Assembly: GCA_964016885.1 (NCBI GenBank)
Contig: OZ024743.1
Coordinates: 356,252,001-356,316,000, forward strand
Source of the DNA: Eledone cirrhosa
Lineage: Eukaryota
Length of the DNA stretch: 64,000 bases
Reading direction: 5' to 3'
In this document: piece by piece, positions 53,748 through 64,000 of the stretch
How the letters are laid out: the number at the start of each line of letters is the position of its first letter
Numbering within the stretch: the first letter of the stretch is position 1
Translations under genes and position numbers: made by a program
Notes under the pieces: generated by a model
The model's input: only the letters and a program-made list of their open reading frames with translations
Told to the model about the DNA's origin: nothing
Databases searched by the model: none

Positions 53748-54760
53748 CGAGGGTGCTTCAAAAAGATCCTGGAAAAAGGACAATTGTAAAAAAGCCGTTG
53801 AAGTTATATTTATTTTTCAACATATTCTCCATCTAGGTGAATACAATTCTGCAAGCGTTGATAGCAGTCTTTACGTTAATCTCTGTAAAAATGAGGGCCA
53901 TGCGTTTTAAACCATGTCAAAGCAGTTTTTTTTTTTTACATATTCAACTGATGGAAAATGGGGACCTTTCAATGATTTTTTCAGGTTTGGAAACAAAAAG
54001 AAGTCGGATGGGGCTAATCGGGACTGTAAAGAGGGTGTCGGATGATTTCTCATCGAAATTCGGGTAACAGTTCGTATCTGCTGAGCGCCCTGAGCAGGCA
54101 CTTTATCGTGATGGAGTAGAACGCGCTCATGTAGTTTCCTCCGGCATTTTACGACCATTTTCCTGACCAGTTTTCTCAAAGCGCCTTCATAAATTGCAGC
54201 TGTAATTGTTCTCTTGTTCTCGAGAGGGTCAACCAGCAAAAGTCTTTCTGCATCCCAGAAGACAGTGATCATGATTCTCCCTCTTGAACGCTCCGATGTT
54301 GCCTTGGCTGGCCCACCTCCACCCCTGCGCAGCCACTGCTTCGATTGAGTTTTGTTTTCGGGATCGTAGTGGTAGAGTCACGTTTCATCTTACGTTTTAT
54401 CTCTGCAGAAAAGCCTCAGGGTCTTCATCCCACTTGTTAAAAATTTCAATCGAATGATCTGTTCTTGTTTGCTGAGTGCAACATCTTTGGGGCCCATCGA
54501 ACAGGAAGATTTCTCCGCCCGAAACGCTCCACCAGAATTGCGTGTACAGAACCCACGGAGATGTTGATTTTGTCGGCTTCTGGTTCAGTGGTTATTTGCC
54601 TATCCTTTTCAATTAGGTCACGAACAGAATCAATGTTTTCCACACAGACTGATGTGGATGGCCTGAAACTGCGGGGATCATCTGCAACCTCATCTCTTCT
54701 ACTTCTAAAACCACTTATCCATTTGTAATTTATTGATTTCTTTGGGTTCGTTATGGCTGG
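53748..54760 (-). mobile_element. mariner transposon fossil
   Basis: TA + CGAGGGTGCTTCAAAAAG TIR; WAPKML, YDPE.K.QS.QW, MITVFWD, LLHHD, LAPSDFFLFPNLK. Confidence 0.88.
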
Positions 54761-54852
54761 AATATTTCTCTGATAACAAGTGACCTGTGGGATAATTGTA
54801 ACATCAGCATTAACGACACTAATAACAATAACTGGAATTAAAGCCCCTACAC

Positions 54853-55031
54853 CAAGCATGTCAAACTGAGGGTCCCTCGAGGGCCACGTGGGTCACATAT
54901 GTGTTGTCTGAGGTCCACACACGACAACTAATTGCGCACATTACAACTAATTTTTAAATTTTTTATTACGAAGATAAAATATGCTCGCGTTGCAGGTGTG
55001 CTTGTAAAGGGCCGCACGTGTAGCACGCCTG
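54853..55031. mobile_element. hAT-type MITE
   Basis: termini CAAGCATGTCAAAC / GTAGCACGCCTG; 8-bp TSD CCCTACAC / CTCTACAT. Confidence 0.55.
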
Positions 55032-56847
55032 CTCTACATAGTCATTAGCCATAGCAGCCAGTCATTAATTAAATTGCAATCTACTCTTAAAAAGTAAATA
55101 TCAAGAGCTCATAGAATAATGTTGTCCTAGGCACTCTACTCCTGAAAGAAACATGGATTCGTCTTGGCTGATGTGTGTGTGATCTAAAATCTGAAAAATC
55201 AAGTCAAACATAAGGATAAATAAGAACAGCAAGAACCAATGAACACCAACAGCCTATTGATTATCACTATCAATAATATTTTAAATTATGTGTACAAAGG
55301 AACGTCTATGGCGTTGCTCGGCCTGCAAGAAATAGTAAGCACATTTTCCTATCGTTTTAACAGATGAAATATATGTTATTAAAATACTACAATTACATTA
55401 TACCTAGAAACATTGACGGTGTAGTAAGGGCTAATTTTCCTTTGATGATATATCTGTTCAATCATAATCAAATTATGACTTAACAGCTACTACAACAAAA
55501 CACCATTGCTGCTCTGATGACAAAAGGGTGGAGTTAATGTAATCGCAGCAACATAAAGAACAACAAAGTCTTATATAAGTAGTACAATGAATTGAAACAC
55601 TTCGATAATCTGAGATTATCGAAATGATTAGTAGAAAAGCATTCTCTGTAGGAGCTGTTAATAAACAAACACACAAGAGGGATAATTACTATGCGACCAG
55701 TTGACCGAACATTCGAGATAATATGAACAATATAAGACAGTGCAGACAGAAACGGTTCTGATCTTTAAATCTAACTGGTAAGAGCAAGGACTAATCTGCG
55801 CTTTAAGGTTGCTTCAGTGAAACATTTAAACTCAGTTGCCAAGATTAAGATTGATCAGTATATATATATATTCTGCCAATTTACCAAGAATGTTACTTAA
55901 AACTCAACAGTTCATATCAAATGATTAACAAGACATTAATGACGAGGGCAATTAAAAAACCTACAATTCTATTATTTACATTCATCATCTTGGTTTCAGT
56001 TACTATCATTTTCCTTTGCTTTCACTTATACCACCCCACACACACGCCCAGCCAACCCCCACCCCTCAAAAAGGAAGAAAAAAGATAAAATCATAATAAA
56101 CAGCTCATTATCTCTCTGACGACGACGCTTAGCGAATAAACCCCTTGCTTTGCAGAAACATTATGGCTATGATGTAAGGAATTTAATAAACTTATATATA
56201 TGCATATATATATATATACATACATACATATACATAGAGAGGGAGTCAAAATGAGAGAGAGAGAGAGAGAGAGAGGTACCGAGACACATGTATGTAATGT
56301 CTATTTTGTGCGAAAGATCGAGAAAGAAGGAGAAAAATATAGAAGTAACACAAAAAAGAACAGAATGAGAGAACGAACGAAGGAAATGAAGATTAGTTGG
56401 AGAGGGTGAGAAAGAGAGTGAGGGAGTATATGTGTGTGTGTTTGAGTGTAAATTTAGTATGTTTGTTACTGACATTTCACCCTCCGGTTCATTTTCAGTC
56501 ACGCTTGCATTAAAATGGCCATTTTGTGAAACTCTGATTTTCCCCCAGAACCTTCTTAACTGTCAGATTGCCAACAATATCGCTGCTATCAACACTTACA
56601 ACACCATCAGCAACAACAATAACAACGTCATCAACATCATTAACGAAAACAACAAAACAACGACAAACTAATAATCTTAACAAAACGACTTACCATTAAA
56701 TATCATAGACTATCGAATCATCACATTTACAGATGTCTACAACACTGCAGATAAAAGTAGGTACAAAAATAGACACAGAGAGAGAGACATATATATATAT
56801 ATATATATATATATAACATACAGACATTTATTATATTATATATATAT

Positions 56848-57032
56848 GTGGATTGGCAGTATCGGTAGAGGGTCGGACGCCATGCTTTCCAGCATAGTTA
56901 CGTCCCTTTACGATCTGAGTTCAAATCCCGCCGAGGTTGACTTTGCCTTTCATCCTTACGGGGTCGATAAAATAAAGTACCAGTAATGCACTGGGTATTT
57001 GCTGGCCTTGTGCCTAAAGTAGAAACAATTAT
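56848..57032 (+). mobile_element. tRNA-derived SINE (main family)
   Basis: family motifs; very similar to 39986-40134. Confidence 0.85.
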
Positions 57033-57348
57033 ATTATATATATATATGTTTTTATATACATAACGTATTATATATATATATATATAATACGTAATGATCA
57101 CCGACATTTTCCACGAAAATCTTCGTAAAAATGCCGGACTGAGTAGGTGAATGTTCTTTTTAAAACATTGCTTGAATCTGTTGAAGCGGTTCACTTGAAC
57201 ACAAAATAGAAAAAAAGATTAAAACATAAACAAAAGCAGTTAAAAGAAACGAGTGAATGAGAGTGCTTATGTACGAACGTACACACACAAACACACATAC
57301 ATACACGCAGACACACACACACACACACACACATACACACACAAGCAT

Positions 57349-57425
<77 letters not shown>

Positions 57426-57463
57426 TATATATGTATACATATAGATATATGAGTATGAGTGTG

Positions 57464-57516
<53 letters not shown>

Positions 57517-57743
57517 GTATGTATATATAGAATGCAAATGAATGAATGGTGCGATAAAATATTAAAAAATACATAATATAAAATAGTAACTAGGAAGGTC
57601 GAGACGCGAATGGCACGACAGTTTGTCGGCAAGTTATTGAGCTTAACTCTCTCTGTCTCTCTCTCTCTCACTCTCTCTCTCTCTATATATATACATAGTA
57701 ATAATAATAAAATTGAAGACTAAAATCCATATATAAAAAATAA

Positions 57744-57834
<91 letters not shown>

Positions 57835-58038
57835 GGTAAGCATGTATGTATGTACTTAAATTTATGTATATACATACATTTATATATACTTGCATTCATA
57901 CGAATGTAACTAAGCAGTATTTAACGCTTCTCTACACTAAGTACAATATGTGTATATATGTATATGTATATATATGTATATGTATATATGTATATATATG
58001 TATATGTATATGTATATGTGTGTCTGAGAGAGAGAAAA

Positions 58039-58103
<65 letters not shown>

Positions 58104-58105
<2 letters not shown>

Positions 58106-58166
58106 TGTGTTGTAATGGTAAGACTCTCTCTCGTTATATGTATATATATGTGTATATGTATATACA

Positions 58167-58254
<88 letters not shown>

Positions 58255-58317
58255 TGTATATACATATACACACATATATACATATAACGAGAGAGAGTCT
58301 TACCATTACAACACAGT
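58104..58317. repeat. Inverted repeat centred on (TA)n
   Basis: ACTGTGTTGTAATGGTAAGACTCTCTCTCGTTATATG mirrored at 58281-58317. Confidence 0.8.
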
Positions 58318-58415
58318 CCATTGGCTTTCAGAAATAGAAACGAAACATCTGACATTAATTGAATGGTTAAATTAATGGTCGAAAGAAAAATTGAAAGAAA
58401 TGAGTTAGAACTGAA

Positions 58416-58471
<56 letters not shown>

Positions 58472-58859
58472 CATAGATATGTTATTATTAGTAGTATTAT
58501 TATTAGTATTTTTATTAGTATTACTATTATAGTTGTCGTTGGTGTTACTCTTGTAGCTTTGGTCAATGGTGATGATGTTTTTGTTGTTGTTGTCGTCGTC
58601 GTTTTATAGTTATGCAGGCATTTGTTTTGTAAGAGATGTGGAACGAGTGAAGCGACTGAGTGCCGGACAATATATGCCTCTGTGCCATATATATATCTCC
58701 GTTAAGGCTGTGAGTTCAAATCCCTTTGATAAACACATTGCCATCGGTTTTACATATTGAACAAAATATGTACCATTTAAGAACTGAGACGTTGATTTAA
58801 TAGACCATGAGCCCTTCCCTCTCACACATATGTGCACACGAATATATCTCACTTGTGGC

Positions 58860-61800
58860 TTGGTGAGACATAATTGGGGTTAGAACATAAAGGTTTCTCC
58901 GTGGTGAGACGATAGACATAATTGGGGTTAGAACATAAAGGTTTCTCTGTGGGCAGACAATAGACATAATTGGGGTTAGAGCATAAAGGTTTCTCTGTGG
59001 TCAGACAATAGACATAATTGGGGTTAGAACATAAAGGTTTCTCCGTGGTCAGACGATAGACATAATTGGGGTTAGAGCATAAAGGTTTCTCTGTGGTCAG
59101 ACGATAGACATAATTGGGGTTAGAGCATAAAAGTTTCTCTGTGGTCAGACGATAGACATAATTGGGGTTAGAGCATAAAGGTTTCTCTGTGGTCAGACGA
59201 TAGACATAATTGGGGTTAGAGCATAAAGGTTTCTCTGTGGTCAGACGATAGACATAATTGGGGTTAGAGCATAAAGGTTTCTCTGTGGTCAGACGATAGA
59301 CATAATTGGGGTTAGAACATAAAGGTTTCTCCGTGGTCAGACGATAGACATAATTGGGGTTAGAGCATAAAGGTTTCTCTGTGGTCAGACGATAGACATA
59401 ATTGGGGTTAGAGCATAAAAGTTTCTCTGTGGTCAGACGATAGACATAATTGGGGTTAGAGCATAAAGGTTTCTCTGTGGTCAGACGATAGACATAATTG
59501 GGGTTAGAGCATAAAGGTTTCTCTGTGGTCAGACGATAGACATAATTGGGGTTAGAGCATAAAGGTTTCTCTCTGGTCAGACGATAGACATAATTGGGGT
59601 TAGAGCATAAAGGTTTCTCTGTGGTCAGACAATAGACATAATTGGGGTTAGAGCATAAAGGTTTCTCTGTGGTCAGACGATAGACATAATTGGGGTTAGA
59701 GCATAAAGGTTTCTCTCTGGTCAGACGATAGACATAATTGGGGTTAGAGCATAAAGGTTTCTCTGTGGTCAGACGATAGACATAATTGGGGTTAGAGCAT
59801 AAAGGTTTCTCTCTGGTCAGACAATAGTCATAATTGGGGTTAGAGCATAAAGGTTTATCTGTGGTCAGACGATAGACATAATTGGGTTAGAGCATAAAGG
59901 TTTCTCTGTGGTCAGACAATAGACATAATTGGGGTTAGAGCATAAAGGTTTCTCTGTGGTCAGACGATAGACATAATTGGGGTTAGAGCATAAAGGTTTC
60001 TCTGTGGTCAGACGATAGACATAATTGGGGTTAGAGCATAAAGGTTTCTCTGTGGTCAGACAATAGACATAATTGGGGTTAGAGCATAAAGGTTTCTCTG
60101 TGGTCAGACAATAGACATAATTGGGGTTAGAGCATAAAGGTTTCTCTGTGGTCAGACGATAGACATAATTGGGGTTAGAGCATAAAGGTTTCTCTGTGGC
60201 CAGACAATAGTCATAATTGGGGTTAGAGCATAAAGGTTTCTCTGTGGTCAGACGATAGACATAATTGGGGTTAGAGCATAAAGGTTTCTCTGTGGTCAGA
60301 CAATAGACATAATTGGGGTTAGAGCATAAAGGTTTGTCTGTGGTCAGACAATAGACATAATTGGGGTTAGAGCATAAAGGTTTCTCTGTGGCCAGACAAT
60401 AGACATAATTGGGGTTAGAGCATAAAGGTTTCTCTGTGGTCAGACAATAGACATAATTGGGGTTAGAGCATAAAGGTTTCTCTGTGGTCAGACGATAGAC
60501 ATAATTGGGTTTAGAGCATAAAGGTTTCTCTGTGTTCAGACGATAGACATAATTGGGGTTAGAGCATAAAGGTTTCTCTGTGGTCAGACGATAGACATAA
60601 TTGGGGTTAGAGCATAAAGGTTTCTCTCTGGTCAGACGATAGACATAATTGGCGTTAGAGCATAAAGGTTTCTCTGTGGTCAGACGATAGACATAATTGG
60701 GGTTAGAGCATAAAGGTTTCTCTGTGGTCAGACAATAGACATAATTGGGGTTAGAGCATAAAGGTTTCTCTGTGGTCAGACAATAGACATAATTGGGGTT
60801 AGAGCATAAAGGTTTCTCTGTGGTCAGACGATAGACATAATTGGGGTTAGAGCATAAAGGTTTCTCTGTGGCCAGACAATAGACATAATTGGGGTTAGAG
60901 CATAAAGGTTTCTCTGTGGTCAGACGATAGACATAATTGGGGTTAGAGCATAAAGGTTTCTCTGTGGTCAGACAATAGACATAATTGGGGTTAGAGCATA
61001 AAGGTTTCTCTGTGGTCAGACAATAGACATAATTGGGGTTAGAGCATAAAGGTTTCTCTGTGGCCAGACAATAGACATAATTGGGGTTAGAGCATAAAGG
61101 TTTCTCTGTGGTCAGACAATAGACATAATTGGGGTTAGAGCATAAAGGTTTCTCTGTGGTCAGACAATAGACATAATTGGGGTTAGAGCATAAAGGTTTC
61201 TCTGTGGTCAGACGATAGACATAATTGGGTTTAGAGCATAAAGGTTTCTCTGTGGTCAGACGATAGACATAATTGGGGTTAGAGCATAAAGGTTTCTCTG
61301 TGGTCAGACGATAGACATAATTGGGGTTAGAGCATAACGGTTTCTCTCTGGTCAGACGATAGACATAATTGGGGTTAGAGCATAAAGTTTTCTCTGTGGT
61401 CAGACGATAGACATAATTGGGGTTAGAGCATAAAGGTTTCTCTGTGGTCAGACAATAGACATAATTGGGGTTAGAGCATAAAGGTTTCTCTGTGGTCAGA
61501 CAATAGACATAATTGGGGTTAGAGCATAAAGGTTTCTCTGTGGTCAGACGATAGACATAATTGGGGTTAGAGCATAAAGGTTTCTCTGTGGCCAGACGAT
61601 AGACATAATTGGGGTTAGAGCATAAAGGTTTCTCTGTGGTCAGACGATAGACATAATTGGGGTTAGAGCATAAAGGTTTCTCTGTGGTCAGACGATAGAC
61701 ATAATTGGGGTTAGAGCAAAAAGGTTTCTCTGTGCTCAGACGATAGACATAATTGGGGTTAGAGCATAAAGGTTTCTCTGTGGTCAGACGATAGACATAA

Positions 61801-64000
61801 TTGGGGTTAGAGCATAAAGGTTTCTCTGTGGCCAGACAATAGACATAATTGGAGTTAGAGCATAAAGGTTTCTCTGTGGTCAGACGATAGACATAATTGG
61901 GGTTAGAGCATAAAGGTTTCTCTGTGGTCAGACAATAGACATAATTGGGGTTAGAGCATAACGGTTTCTCTCTGGTCAGACGATAGACATAATTGGGGTT
62001 AGAGCATAAAGGTTTCTCTGTGGTCAGACGATAGACATAATTGGGGTTAGAGCATAAAGGTTTCTCTGTGGTCAGACAATAGACATAATTGGGGTTAGAG
62101 CATAACGGTTTCTCTCTGGTCAGACGATAGACGTAATTGGGGTTAGAGCATAAAGGTTTCTCTGTGGTCAGACAATAGACATAATTGGGGTTAGAGCATA
62201 AAGGTTTCTCTGTGGTCAGACGATAGACATAATTGGGGTTAGAGCATTAAGGTTTCTCTCTGGTCAGACGATAGACATAATTGGGGTTAGAGCATAAAGG
62301 TTTCTCTGTGGTCAGACAATAGACATAATTGGGGTTAGAGCATAAAGGTTTCTCTGTGGTCAGACGATAGACATAATTGGGGTTAGAGCATAAAGGTTTC
62401 TCTGTGGTCAGACGATAGACATAATTGGGGTTAGAGCATAAAGGTTTCTCTGTGGTCAGACAATAGTCATAATTGGGGTTAGAGCATAAAGGTTTCTCTG
62501 TGGTCAGACGATAGACATAATTGGGGTTAGAGCATAAAGGTTTCTCTGTGGTCAGACAATAGACATAATTGGGGTTAGAGCATAAAGGTTTCTCTGTGGT
62601 CAGACGATAGACATAATTGGGGTTAGAGCATAAAGGTTTCTCTGTGGTCAGACAATAGACATAATTGGGGTTAGAGCATAAAGGTTTCTTTGTGGTCAGA
62701 CAATAGACATAATTGGGGTTAGAGCATAAATGTTTTTCTGTGGTCAGACAATAGACATAATTGGTGGTAGAGCATAAAGGTTTCTCTGTGGCCAGACAAT
62801 AGACATAATTGGGGTTAGAGCATAAAGGTTTCTCTGTGGTCAGACGATAGACATAATTGGGGTTAGAGCATAAAGGTTTCTCTGTGGTCAGACAATAGAC
62901 ATAATTGGGGTTAGAGCATAAAGGTTTCTTTGTGGTCAGACAATAGACATAATTGGGGTTAGAGCATAAAGGTTTTTCTGTGGTCAGACAATAGACATAA
63001 TTGGGGTTAGAGCATAAAGGTTTCTCTGTGGTCAGACAATAGACATAATTGGGGTTAGAGCATAAAGGTTTCTCTGTGGTCAGACGATAGACATAATTGG
63101 GGTTAGAGCATAAAGGTTTCTCTTTGGTCAGACAATAGACATAATTGGGGTTAGAGCATAAAGGTTTCTCTGTGGTCAGACAATAGACATAATTGGGGTT
63201 AGAGCATAAAGGTTTCTCTGTGGTCAGACGATAGACATAATTGGGGTTAGAGCATAAAGGTTTCTCTGTGGTCAGACAATAGACATAATTGGGGTTAGAG
63301 CATAAAGGTTTTTCTGTGGTCAGACAATAGACATAATTGGGGTTAGAGCATAAAGGTTTCTCTGTGGTCAGACAATAGACATAATTGGGGTTAGAGCATA
63401 AAGGTTTCTCTGTGGTCAGACGATAGACATAATTGGGGTTAGAGCATAAAGGTTTCTCTTTGGTCAGACAATAGACATAATTGGGGTTAGAGCATAAAGG
63501 TTTCTCTGTGGTCAGACAATAGACATAATTGGGGTTAGAGCATAAAGGTTTCTCTGTGGTCAGACGATAGACATAATTGGGGTTAGAGCATAAAGGTTTC
63601 TCTGTGGTCAGACGATAGACATAATTGGGGTTAGAGCATAAAGGTTTCTCTGTGGTCAGACAATAGACATAATTGGGGTTAGAGCATAAAGGTTTCTCTG
63701 TGGTCAGACAATAGACATAATTGGGGTTAGAGCATAAAGGTTTCTCTGTGGTCAGACGATAGACATAATTGGGGTTAGAGCATAAAGGTTTCTCTGTGGT
63801 CAGACAATAGACATAATTGGGGTTAGAGCATAAAGGTTTCTTTGTGGTCAGACAATAGACATAATTGGGGTTAGAGCATAAAGGTTTTTCTGTGGTCAGA
63901 CAATAGACATAATTGGGGTTAGAGCATAAAGGTTTCTCTGTGGTCAGACGATAGACATAATTGGGGTTAGAGCATAAAGGTTTCTCTTTGGTCAGACAAT
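58860..64000. repeat. 48-bp tandem satellite, ~107 units, continuing past the window end
   Basis: unit GAC(G/A)ATAGACATAATTGGGGTTAGAGCATAAAGGTTTCTCTGTGGTCA; the line pattern recurs every 240 nt (5 x 48). Confidence 0.97.

Noticed and set aside
58860-64000. CRISPR array
   Set aside because: Units are contiguous with no unique spacers, there are no cas genes, and the context is eukaryotic.
58860-64000. Hammerhead in the satellite minus strand (CTGACCACAGAGAAAC)
   Set aside because: G8 is missing and no stem II, III or I can be formed.

Overview
This window is eukaryotic, repeat-saturated, intergenic or intronic animal DNA. The SINE and microsatellite landscape resembles coleoid cephalopods (Octopus-like); this attribution is inference. 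No host gene is recognisable, and nearly all short ORFs in the track are microsatellite read-throughs. Recognisable elements are four Tx1/L1-clade LINE copies sitting in (TCTA)n tracts, a decayed Penelope-like retroelement (RT + GIY-YIG), RTE fragments, an RNase H remnant, hAT/Charlie, Chapaev3-like and mariner fossils, non-autonomous Helitrons, more than a dozen tRNA-derived SINEs, and a 48-bp satellite filling the last ~5.1 kb. The most striking hidden signal is at RNA level. More than a dozen hammerhead-ribozyme motifs (canonical, variant-core or half), from several unrelated families, lie in small non-coding, often fold-back elements embedded in (TA)n-type microsatellites. One of these is a 522-nt circularly permuted, retrozyme-like unit. 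All alignments and folds were done by eye, and coordinates may be off by a few bases.
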